From Amoebophrya sp. A120 (lineage: Eukaryota; Protista; Dinoflagellata), in contig CAJINV010000013.1 in the NCBI GenBank assembly GCA_905178155.1, positions 52,344 through 116,343 on the forward strand: a stretch of 64,000 nt of DNA. The letters are read 5' to 3'. The notes under the pieces are model-generated. The model was not told where the DNA came from, made no database searches, and was given only the letters and a program-made list of their open reading frames with translations. Position 1 is the stretch's first letter. Each line of letters opens with the position of its first letter. Both the position numbers and the translations under genes were made by a program. This document shows positions 11,371 through 22,800 of the stretch, piece by piece.

Positions 11371-11650
11371 TGTTAGGAATTCTGAACACATTCACAGCAT
11401 ACGAATAGCGGTCGAGTTCGCATCTTTCTGTTTGGAATGATTCAGAACGGAGTACTGATTCACATCTGTATACAGGTGGTGTTTCAAGATGGATTGATTC
11501 GTTTGGTTTGGTCAACCAGACCACAAAGACGACGAGACGACTAAGCTAAACGGTTAGGATCGTTACTGTGCTGAAGATCAAGATCGATGGAACCACGCAG
11601 GGGAGCTTGAACACGCATTGCATGCTGTGTGCATAAAGCTCTAGTCAACA
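11371..11650 (-). repeat. 5' LTR
   Basis: Direct repeat of 5369-5648. Confidence 0.97.
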
Positions 11651-12650
11651 GGGCGGCATCTCCTCCAAAGCAAATGAAATACACAAATGAAATCAATGAG
11701 TACTGAGTATTGGCTTGGGAGGCACTTATATCCATATGCCTATTCCCCAAGATGTACATGAATGAAAGAGAACCTCCGTCGGCCAGAATTATAACTGGTG
11801 GTGAAATCATCATCAAAGACACAAACACTGTGCACACAATTTTGTCGCCAATGCGAGCAATTCAGAACCACTACTGCTCGTGCTCATTCCAACACAAGGC
11901 CGCCACAAGTTATATTTTATTTATAATATAAATCTATAGCATCTCAACACGTCAGCACGCGACGGTAGACCCGCCTAAGATCTTTAATCAAACATAAAAG
12001 ATTGCTCGGCAAGGATCGATAATCGACGACCCTGACCATGATTCGTCCATCGACCTAAACATTGTAGTTTTGCATCTTGATGCAGCTCCTTGTTCCCTAC
12101 CTCTAGATCTTTGTATATGAACTTTTCTTTTGTTTTCACTTGTCGCTGGTTCGCTCATGCGATACTGGCCCTACTTGTGCGGAGGTTGCGGACGTGCCTT
12201 TGCGTGAGATACTTATTATCTATGAATTTCCATTGGGAGATCATGGATCTTTTTTGCGTTTTCGTATCGATGTAAAGACCGAAATTGAATGCAGATGCAC
12301 TACCACTCGCAAGCGTGATGAGACGTTTTCGGCCGGAAGATGACAATGCGTCCTCTTCATATGCCAAGAAATTGTCTGCAAAGACCGTTCTTTTCATGAC
12401 GGATCTTGCATGGGACTTCTGAAGTCGTCAACTTCTTCTAAGCCAGTACGTTTTGCTTGTCCTGATTCACATACTTTGTGTCGACACTCAAAAGAATTTC
12501 TCGCGCTAGTTGCAATCGGCAAAAGTCAACCATTTAGTGTAAATTGCTTCGTGATGGAAAGAAAACGTCGCGAGCTCTGTGGCGGGACGATATATACATC
12601 TTCTGTATAGTCATAGGCCAGACATTCCTTTAATTTTCTCCAAGTGCGTG

Positions 12651-13328
12651 CTAATTTTCCACGGACAAAACCAAAACTTCTTCTTGGAACTTATGTCGAT
12701 TGGCTTGGAATCTGAGTCTAGCTTCTTTGTCATGCAATCCAAACAGCCTTTTTTGGAAAACCTCATCCGGCGCGAAATCTGTTCCGAAGGTAAAGCGGAA
12801 GGTGAATTCGCAGGCCTTGCAGACAAGCTCAACCAATCGGTAAAACTTGTTACAGGATCGTAACATTTCGCGGAGGGAGACTTGCTGTTTTTCATCAGCG
12901 TAGGAGATGCCTTGCTCAGCGTCACTTGTTCTGCGACTCGAGACCCACACTCGTGCCTTATGTCCATTCAGCATCTTCTTTGCCATGGCGTGGCTAGACA
13001 GAAGTGGCAGCTTACTGTCAAGGTTAAGGAGACAATACTGCTGTTGATGAATACCTGCAAACTGTTCCACAACTTCTGGATTATCGCACGTTGGTTCCGC
13101 CGAGGATGGACCGACTGGCTTCGCTCGACCCAGCCTTGTTGCTATACTCCGAGGCAGGTCGGAAAGTGTGTGGTAGGTTTTTTGTGCGATTGTTTTCATC
13201 CTGCGCCAGCGCTTATCACTGCTTGGTTGGCTATGCTCTGTTGGTGTCGCAATGCCATCCGCAGTAGTGTCGTCGCAGCTCGCAGCGTGCTGCTTCTCCA
13301 TCAGATGCTCCTGGGTGTATCGCAGCAA
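12651..13328 (-). CDS. Hypothetical protein exon, paralogous in part to 14902..15936
   Basis: GIATPTEHSQPSSDKRWRRM...SSAEPT vs GIATRPGHSQPSSDKRRHRM...SSAEPT. Confidence 0.5.
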   Translation of the reverse strand: MLRYTQEHLMEKQHAASCDDTTADGIATPTEHSQPSSDKRWRRMKTIAQKTYHTLSDLPRSIATRLGRAKPVGPSSAEPTCDNPEVVEQFAGIHQQQYCLLNLDSKLPLLSSHAMAKKMLNGHKARVWVSSRRTSDAEQGISYADEKQQVSLREMLRSCNKFYRLVELVCKACEFTFRFTFGTDFAPDEVFQKRLFGLHDKEARLRFQANRHKFQEEVLVLSVEN

Positions 13329-14901
13329 AGCGCAAATTCAATATCTCGGCCAACGAAATCGAGCAAAGATTTGTAATAGAACAGGAATTTATTTTCATTT
13401 GCATTCGCGTCTCAATAGCTTTCTTTGGTGAAGCGGCACGATCGTCGGTCGCCAGTCATGTCGTCACGGCAACACCTTTGAGTCTGCTCACAGTAGCTAC
13501 AACACTGCACTCTTCAACAACTTACGGCTCGGATTACATACATACGTCACTGAATGTCGCGGCGATTTTTTGCCACCATGCAATAATGTTCATAAACCAG
13601 CTACTGGGTCGATAGTCACATACATCAAATTTGTGTTGCGCAGACCGAGGTTTTGCCTAGTACGTCGCAATGCATAGCTTGGCGTCCTCTAGCTTCCTCT
13701 GGGCATTTTCTTTTTTGATCTGTAGTAGGCTTTCTTCGATATCGGCGTTTTTCTTCCTATCTGCATCATACTGCGTTTGATACCATTCTTCCATTTGCTG
13801 CATTTTCTTCCGCATTTCCTCATCGAAGTCTTCCAAAGCCTGATCCGGAATATGGAAGCATGACATCTAGCCAGGGAGTGAAATTGCTTGATCCGTGTCC
13901 GGGGGGTCCAGCATGTGCAAGAATACTACAAACTTCGTGCTCCCTTACCTTTGAAGAGCAGCGCAGGTGTGGTTGCTATCGCATATCTCCAGCCAGAAGT
14001 GGAAAAAATAAAAGAGTAGTTGTCCGGACTTCTATTTACATTGAGCGAAGGAGCGCACTGCCACTGCGAGTAGTCTAATATATAAATGTGCAGACCAACA
14101 GCTGACATGGGGCAGCAGTCGCTTCTCCGAATGTGGTTTTTCCATCTTGCTCTCGCGAAGGCGTGCACTGAGCAAGCACATACTAACTTACAAGACAAAT
14201 TTCACTCCACCGCGAAAATTCAGTATCATACATTCGGAGGCGCTGTGCTGCCTCGCGGGCTGCGTCGCGATCTCGGTCCATCGCCTCGATTCTTTCTCGC
14301 TGTTTCTGCATGCGGTTTCGACGTTCGCCAGGTCTATTGTGCGACGAGGCGCTCGATGAGACTGAAGATTCTGACTCATCAGGGTCGGAAGATGATGGCG
14401 CCCGTGCGGAGCTACGATCCTTTCCACCCTCTTGCAAAGAGTGTCGCTTTCGCGAGCGCCGGGACGTGATCGAGGAAGGTGCCGAAGATTTGCTGGAATG
14501 CAAAAACGTCCCAGCTCCACACCCCTCGTGATAACAATAAAAAGGCAGGGCCACGCTGACGCTTTGCCTATCTCTAGATGGCATGCCACATCACAGGTTG
14601 GTTGCCATGCCACGCTCCTCAGGAAGTGTGATGCTTAGCTTGAATGTAGGTGTAGCGTGGGCATACTCTCATGCGCGTCCGTCTTGGAGGTCTTTGGAGT
14701 AAGTAAATATCACCTGCTCTAATCAGGACATACTCAGGCCGCGGCCATGTTGACAGCCACTAAGTAATCCAACCCTAAATAGTTTCTCATGCAGGACTCG
14801 AATACCAATTCGTCGAGTTCCGATTTCATCGAGATGAAACGGCATGACGCTTCTGCATGATTAGACTGTGGCTCAGGTTGCAGTACAGCGTCACACGCTC
14901 G

Positions 14902-15936
14902 CTATGAGCTGGGAGGGTTGTTACACCAGATAGATTCGCAGTCACTGCTTCTCGGCGACATTGAGTCATGCGACAATCCAGAATCTGGATTATCGCATGA
15001 CTCGTTGGATTCCTGCGCTGCAGACACCGTTGGTTCCGCGGAGGATCCACCGACTCGCTTCTGTCTTCGCGTCGCTCGATCAAGTGCCTGCGCATTGGCG
15101 TGCTTCGCTCGAACCAGCCTTCTTGCTATGCTCCGACGCAGTTTGGAAAGTGCGGGTTTTTGCGCGGTTGGTTCCATCCTGTGCCGGCGCTTATCACTGC
15201 TTGGCTGGCTATGCCCTGGTCGTGTCGCAATTCCATCCTCAGAAGGTTCGCTGCTGCGCAAGAGGGCCGTCTCCTGTTTTCCGCTCTCTTCTTTTCCGCT
15301 GTGCCTCAGTTCCGCGTACTCTTCTCCGCTACGAATGAGGTCCGTCTCCTCTTTTCCGCTGTCCTCTTTTTCACTGTGCCTACTCCGCTCGTCTTCTTCC
15401 CTCCTGCGCTTTTCTTCTTCGGCTCGTTTCCGGTCTCGCTCCCTCTTCTGGTCTCGCGCTTCCTGCAGTGCGGCCTTTGCCTCGTTATTTTCGTCTATTG
15501 CTTGACGGAGCTCCTCTTCTGCTTCATGCTTCTTCCGCTTGTCTCTACGCAGACCAGTCTCGCCCTCGGCCACGCGCTGTTTCAGACGTGCGATCTCCGC
15601 GCGGTCGTGCTGCTTCTGTCTTGCGAGCGCACGATCGTTTTCGCGCATTGCATCCTGTCTGTGGCTGCATTCCTGACGCAGGCGCCTTCGCTCCGACTTT
15701 GCATGCTGCTCCCTCTCCCTCAGGTCGCGCCGTTCGTTCTCGTCCGACTCCAGCTTGCGATGAAGAGCAGTTTCTGTCTCAGCCATGCTTTGTGCATACC
15801 ATGTATCGAGGGCCTCACTGTCACCCTCCCAGTCGCCCGTGAAACGGGGTGGCGTCCTAGTAGCGGCTTGATCCAACGACCCCAGCGGAATGCAGTGTAA
15901 GTGCGGCGGGATCAGAGAAAGCAAGTTTGGTGTCAT
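14902..15936 (-). CDS. Charged coiled-coil hypothetical protein
   Basis: 344-aa ORF with a long E/R/K-rich helical region; an AG acceptor sits 9 nt before the ATG. Confidence 0.65.
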   Translation of the reverse strand: MTPNLLSLIPPHLHCIPLGSLDQAATRTPPRFTGDWEGDSEALDTWYAQSMAETETALHRKLESDENERRDLREREQHAKSERRRLRQECSHRQDAMRENDRALARQKQHDRAEIARLKQRVAEGETGLRRDKRKKHEAEEELRQAIDENNEAKAALQEARDQKRERDRKRAEEEKRRREEDERSRHSEKEDSGKEETDLIRSGEEYAELRHSGKEESGKQETALLRSSEPSEDGIATRPGHSQPSSDKRRHRMEPTAQKPALSKLRRSIARRLVRAKHANAQALDRATRRQKRVGGSSAEPTVSAAQESNESCDNPDSGLSHDSMSPRSSDCESIWCNNPPSS

Positions 15937-16264
15937 GCCTAGTATCTGAGGAGTAAGTGTGCCTCACGACTCATGCTGAACTTGAATGCTTGTGTGCAGA
16001 AAAGTGCCACGAGTGCTGACGTGACGTATTGAATGCCCCTCCCTTATTAATCTTTTATGCGACTTACGTTTTCAATAGAGCGATGTCCATTTATTTTGTT
16101 GCGATGGTGCAACTTGTCTACTAGACGAGCCGGTATTCAACAAGAACTTTTACAACCACCAAGCATGTCGTGCATTGGTATGCAAGAGCAAGTACTCTGC
16201 CTGATCACAGGTGAAAATAGTGCTTCTTTGTGTCTTTTCTGACCCCATGACTGTGATACTTACA

Positions 16265-16565
16265 TCAGATAAGCTGAAACTCGTGTTCGAGCCCTGCATG
16301 CTGCTCCCTCTCCCTCAGCGACTGCAGCTCGTTTTCCTCCAACTCCAGCCTGCGGTGGCGTTCAACTTGTGTCGGGGCCATGCTTTGCGCGTGCTGTCCC
16401 TTGCGGACCTCACGCAGATGCAACGCGAATCGCAATAGAGGATCGGCGATAGAGGATCGGATAGAGCCTCGGCATCGCATCGGCATCGCGATAGAGGATC
16501 GAGCCTTCACCAGCCGAATTGCGTGTAAATGCGGTAGGGTCAGAGAAAGAAGCTTTCGGCGTCAT
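16265..16565 (-). pseudogene. Frameshifted, truncated paralogue of the 5' part of 14902..15936
   Basis: ATG ACG CCG, then +1 nt before KLLSLTLPHLHAIRL (vs MTPNLLSLIPPHLHCIPL). Shares HAQSMA...LREREQHA. Flanking intron-like spacer is also duplicated. Confidence 0.6.
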
Positions 16566-16882
16566 GCCTAGTACCTGAGGAGTCAGTGTGCCTTAATCAT
16601 GCTGACCTTGAATGATTGTGCGCGGCAAAATGCCTCGAGTTGTTCTGACGTGACGCATTATTTGGCGCCCCTTCCCAAATTAATCTTTGTATGCCACTTT
16701 TTAAGTTTTGAACAGACCGATATATGTAACTTGTATGCTACAAGGGCAGGTATTCAAGTAAGTAGTTTTACCACCACGACCAAGCATCTAATGCATCTGC
16801 ATGCCAGAACAAGTACTCTGCGTGATCACATGTGGCAAGAATGGTACTTCCTAGCATTTTTTCTGTCCCAATAATACTTACA

Positions 16883-19800
16883 TCAGATAAGCTGTGTCCC
16901 AAGTTCGACCCTTATGCCGTGCTCCTTTGTGCGTGCTTTTTCGAGTGTCTCTTGCTGTTTCAAGTCCGCTGGGAGGTCGATGGGCACCTGCACGTGGACG
17001 CCAGGGCCTGCCCACTGAACGACGAGCTCGTCCCCCGGTCGCAAGGCGTTCCAGCACGGAATCAATGCCGATGAAGAACAGGCTTGTAGCGGCGACTTCA
17101 CTTCTTCTTTAGGCTCGTTGTCATCCACTTGTCTTCTATTTCCGAACACTGACGCACCACGGACCAGGACTCGGTAGCCATGTTCGTCGATTTTTTCCAC
17201 CGAAACCCCAAGCAGCGACGAAAGAGAGTTCTCTAGTCGAACTTGAAGCAAGGGGTGGTCTTGCACGGTCCAACCCCCCCCCGCGGCCCAGGTCGCCTGC
17301 ACAGCGAGGTCGAAGGGTTCACCATTGTCAAGATCCAACCTCTCGGCTGTCCATTCGTTTTGCAGAGAAACGGGAACGCGAAAATCCTTTTGAGTTGCAA
17401 CTACTCCAGATGGAGAGTATATGAGGAAAACGCCGTCCGTGGTTGGAAATTGGCATCCCGTCGGACATTCGACGGAAAGTGGGTTGCGGTTGTCACTTAA
17501 ATCAGAAACTGCTCTTCCACCCATCGGATCGCAACATCCCCAGTTGTTGCATTTTTCAGGAAAACTGGGCTCGGAAACTACGAGGCGAATACTATAAAGA
17601 CGAAGCCGCTGCGGCTTTACTGATTACTTGCATCTTTGCGCCGGTGTTTCTGTATCCGTATGTGCTAGGGGCGCAATCGATCATACCTCGATGATGCGCT
17701 CTACACAGCAGAGCAGCATGCCCACGCGCAGAGCTATGCGTAACAATCTGGGGCGGAGTTGAGCCGTGCAATACCTGAAGCTCAAATTGTACTTCGGTTC
17801 TACAGGTATCAGTAAGTAGGTACTGCACTCGAAGCTGAAGCAAATGACTGAAGGGATGCTCAGAGGCGCACAGATGCAAGCGGATGCAAACAGCAAGATT
17901 CATCCAGATAAAGCTCGTTCTTCGACGACTCGTCCCCCGAAACCGCCCGAACAGGATCGCCGGCACCGTGGAGCTTGTCTTCCATGACAAGTCTGATGCA
18001 AAGCTCAACCTGTTGAGGAGAGGTTAGTTCGCTGCATATGCGCTGCCGCTGGTCCGGACTAGCATGCTGCCTCGAAGCGCCATCATCTTCATCCAGAAAT
18101 GGAGAATGATCATCCCAGTCACTCAGCAACGAAAACCAAGGAATTGTCGGTGTGAAAAGTCGCGGCACCCTGAACTGTGGAGTTGCGTGTTCTGCAATGT
18201 AAACTTTACTTCCTTTCTCATCAAAAAGAGCCATCTAGCAGCTGCCAGTAAAGTATAAATACAAGTAACTTTAGAGAGAAGTGCCTTTGCTTCGCCAGGA
18301 TGCCTGCAGTTTTCATTTTGTTACTACTGTAGTCCATTGCCTCTGCACGGTCACTGGTTTGCACGGCGCCACGATAGCTGAAGGCATGGATGTCGCCTAG
18401 ACACTGCGTACAGCCGTTGCCCACTTTCCAAGTTGGATGAAAACGCATAGTTATCACTAGGAAAAAGTCTACCTGCTGTACCTGTCCGATTTCGCGAGAC
18501 TCAATTACAAATGTATGCGACGTACGTTTTTCCACATGCATGCTGGGCCTGTTGCGCCGCCAGGCATAGAAAGTATACACTCACAGAGGTTTTGACTTTG
18601 TAATCGGGCCGCTTCCAGGGAAGAGAGGATTCAGTTGTTCAGTCGTAGACATTTTTTTGGCAGTTTCATAGCATCATAATTTGCAGCAAGTATGCGCGCC
18701 CTGGCCGCAAAGTCGGGCATCAAAGATAAGTTCTCTTCCTCGGATGAAAGTTTCGTGGCGAAGTGTTCGTACGCTCCGGAGGTGACGGTAGGCCAAAGAG
18801 CTTGGCTCATCAGTTCATCGTACGAAAGTAAGCCGCGAGTAACTAGGCGCTTGTAGGGAACGTGCACACCTGGTAGGGAACGTGCAGCACCTGCCGAATT
18901 TCCGGAAATATCCCAGATGGAAATAAGCACCTGCCCCGCCCGCTCGGCGACATCTGCCAGGGCGTGTAATAGGTCCCGCACATGGGTGAAGCCATGCCTT
19001 CCTACTTGCCGCGGAAAATAATCGCGCCAAAACAAGTCCTGACCTCGTTCATTTTGATGTGAAAAGCCCGAACCTGCCCTGACGTCGTTCATTTTGTGAA
19101 GCATGGACGCAACATTGGCAGCCGCGTGGCGTCGCAACTCCCGCAGCTCGGACAAATCCAGATCCTCCTCGTCGCGTGGTCGGATGCTTGCAAAATAATC
19201 CTCGACCTGCTTCGGAGATTTTGGAGCGACTTCTCCTGGCTCTCTGGCTCTCATCTCCTCGTGAGCTGGCGTCGGGTCCGGTGTCGTGTTGGTATGCACA
19301 AAGTTCAGCAAGTACCTTGCAGCGCTGCCGCTTTGGTCCGAAGCGGAATACTGCGGCAATTTGCGTTCCAATCCGACCCGATTCAAGTACGCGAGTTCTG
19401 GTAGTAGCTTTAAATCAGGAAGCTCTGCTCGCTCCTGTTCAGCATCGCGGTTTGTCTGCACCCCCTGCGGTCGGAAGGGTATCACAACGGCCAGGTCCCG
19501 CAGGGTCTGTGCCAGGCACACATATGGGAGTTTGTCAGAAGCTGCGACGCAGGCAGGAAGAACCGCTGGAGAAGCCAGCACTGCCAACAGTTCGCTGTAA
19601 GTCAACTCAACTCTTTCCACGTCTTTTCCTGCGATGTACTTGTGTGTGAGGGTCGTGCGGGCAGATACTTCGATGGTTTCGTGTGCTCCGTACATGGTGT
19701 AGGGATTCTGAGACACAAGTTCCACTGGAAGTTTTTCGTTATGACTAGCCGCCGGGGTTGCGAGTTCCTTGATTGCATTTTGGAGGGCATTTCTGACAAC

Positions 19801-22800
19801 GTCATTCGAGTGACGGCTCGAAACCGGGGCGTGCTTGACAATCTTGGAAAATAACGCGGCTTCGAAATATAGTTTCTGAATCACTGTGTCTAAGCGGCAT
19901 CGAAAAACCGACACACCACGGGTCCTCGTCTCTTCTTCATCTTGGTAAAGCAGCTGCATGTTGCACATATCATTCTTCTGCTTCCAATTCCATTGCGGCC
20001 CTTCGTGTTCCGCGAATGCATCACGACGTGGCCGATGTGGCTCCAGGTACAGGCTCCGGACGAACTATGGAAGAGCAGAAGCACGTAGGTAAGTAATTCT
20101 CAACTTGTTCGGGCCAAAAGCAAATCTTTCCTTGCAGTTGCGTTCAGTGGTGCTTTTTCGACACTGCAAACTAGCAGAGAAAACATATGCAGTACCTTCA
20201 TTTGCGAAACGACTAGATTGTCAAAAACGGCGTCAAGAACATCTTCTTACGAAGAGTCCCGTCCGGCCATGAGGCATGTGCGTCTGCATCTCCGAAGCGA
20301 CGCTTGATACATAACGCTGACTCTGGTATGCGAATATTACTTTCACGACGCTGAGCAACAAATGAATTGACTCCAATAATATCGGCGGCAAATTGTCCCG
20401 AATGCCGCTTTCGTTTTTAGCTTTGCACGCGTCGATCACAACCTTGACCTACCACTTCTGTTGCCATAAGTGGTCTTCGTGCGCGTACATGGACTGCAAG
20501 ACGGGCGAATCCATTAGGATCTCGTAGGAGCCCGTTGTTGTTTTTACGAACTCGTTGCTCTGCCGGCCGTACACCACGTCCAGAAAAACCTGACTCTCAT
20601 ACGTGCTTATGTTCAAGCCTCCATCTATTCGATGCTGCTCATCTATTCGATGCTGCTGCTCCTTCCGGATTTCGGGAAGGAACTCACTCTTAGTTAATGC
20701 ACGAAGTGGTCGATGATCGTCATTCCCGGCGGACGATTTTAACATGGCTCGCTCTACATTGGTAGGAAGGCTCAGATATTGCTTACTGTGATATAGCCAC
20801 AGTGCAGGAAGCTGCCACGTCTTCCACAACCTTGGTTCCCCGTCGAATCTGGTCTGGTCCACCTCCACTTCGCGCAGTCGGAGCTTCTTCTCGAACACAT
20901 AAGGTAGATTGTCTGTCTCGGACCGGGACCCCGCGCCAATTCCGTACAGAAACTGTTTCTCTTTTGTTTCTGCGCTTTCGAAATGGATTCCGTCATTCGA
21001 CACTTGGAAGAGATGCCAGTTGGGAAGGGACCAGTCGTGTGTGCGTCGCTGTGCCAAAGAAAAAGAAACCAGAGGCACCGCACCTGAAAAACTCCAATCA
21101 AAATCAGACAGCCGCAAATGAACGGCGAAGGGGACCTCCGCGCAATTCATTTTTCGTGTCTGCCATTCAACATAAACTTAGAGTGATCATCTCGGTATGG
21201 AGACGACTAGGAGTTATCGCGTTCAGGAGGCCTGATCCCGCCTGGCAGGCGGTCAGGGAGGATGACAAAACAAGGCATCTTTGCTAAAATCTTTAGGTAG
21301 TGCTGTTCTGGAGGTGCAGATGGCCAGGCTTTTCTTTGCGTAGGCCATAATATCGTTCCCTGCTGTGGTCCGTAAAGAGAACGCACTGGTCGTCCTCGCG
21401 AGCCCCAGAAATATTGCTGTCTTGCCTCCAAATAGTAGGCTCCTTGGCAAAAGCAATATCGACCCTTTTTTTCAGCTCCTCCAGCACCAGCCGGGTGTAG
21501 GCTACGGATTGCATTGTATACACGCCGGAACAAGTGGACACAGCTGCCCTGGCCTCGCTTGCTTGCGATTGAGCTACAACAACCTTCCTTTTCATCTCCT
21601 CTGCACCGTTTTCGTGGGGTAGAAGCACCCGATCAAATTCGCGCGGTGCTGCAAGGAGTAAGTGCTCTCCCAACAGCCCCTCGTTGTAATCACCGCCGGG
21701 ATTGGTAGCGTCATAATTCACGAATGGTACAAATTCTTGCGAGAGTCGCCGAGAGAAACCCGTCAAGCGATCTGCGTCTGTCAAGGACAAATAATCGTGA
21801 CGATGGTACTTGGAAATAATGTTCACTTCGGGGTCCTCCTCTTCGGAGGAAAGCTTTTCCGGACGGTTTGCTCCCTGGTGCAGCACTGATTGGTGGTCGC
21901 GGCCCGTCTCGATGATTTCTTTTTGAAGTGTTTCGGAGCTTTTCCCCCAAACTGGGTGAAACATGCTGGAGCGGCGTCCAATCCGAAGTTGTAGCGCAGC
22001 CGGTTGTGTCCATTCGGGGTTGGAAGGATAAACCAGATTGCCGAAAATCGAAGCGACGGCGCGCGGACAGTGCCCAGCCTTCAGGCGGTCTCCATCCACC
22101 GAAGACGATGCTTGGTTTTGTCTGTCCTGCACAGGCTCTGCGTGGTAGTCCACACATTCCCACGAAATCACGTCGCCAGGCGTCGGAACCCAACCACTCG
22201 AGAGATGATCACCCTTGGCAACTTCGATTTCGCGGTCGGAAATGAAAAAGGATCTGCTATCCGTGTCGAAACGAAGAGGGCGGCTCAGCAGCGTCCACTC
22301 TCCTTTTCGTTTGCCTGAGTTGTGGTCTCTATGACGTATGCCTTCGGGGGCAGAAAAGTGCGTTCGCCTGCTCGAAATTTTACCGACGGCGAGGAGCTTG
22401 CAGAAGGGGTCGTCGCGCCCGCGAAGAGGCCTCCCATTCGCTTCTGCGTCAACGGCGGCCTCGCGATCGCCTACAAAAGCCCGCTCGCCCTCCCTCGTAT
22501 ACTCCTCTATGATTGTTTCTTGTACTTCAACAGCAGATGACATGTTGGACTCGAGCAGCTCCCAACCACCAGGCGTAAACACGAGACGAAGACCGTCGAG
22601 GCCGAACCTGGTGCTGTACGTGTCCACGGATGCGTAGGAGCGCACCGCCGTTGGTACGAAGAGCGCGTTGAGATGTACGGACGGAAAGTTGTGCAGGCGA
22701 ACACCCTTCGAGGTGTCAACTTTTCGCAGAGGCACCTGAGACGCAGACCTGAACCACTTCCACGGTCCGTAGAACGCGCCGAAGTATCTATTTGGGACTT

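Larger units (their letters stand above)
5369..11650 (-). mobile_element. Full-length Ty1/copia LTR retrotransposon, recent insertion
   Basis: Two 280-bp TG...CA LTRs (5369-5648, 11371-11650), identical by eye. TSD GGGCG at 5364-5368 and 11651-11655. PPT and PBS present. gag followed by PR-IN-RT-RH order. Confidence 0.98.

Noticed and set aside
20233-20451. In-frame TAG between ORFs 20449..21150 and 20233..20439 as readthrough
   Set aside because: The TAG lies within a canonical donor (TG|GTAGGT) with a phase-matched CTCAG acceptor ~100 nt downstream, so this is an ordinary intron.
21207-21533. 108-aa Cys-containing ORF
   Set aside because: It is an alternative-frame shadow of the 1116-aa exon.
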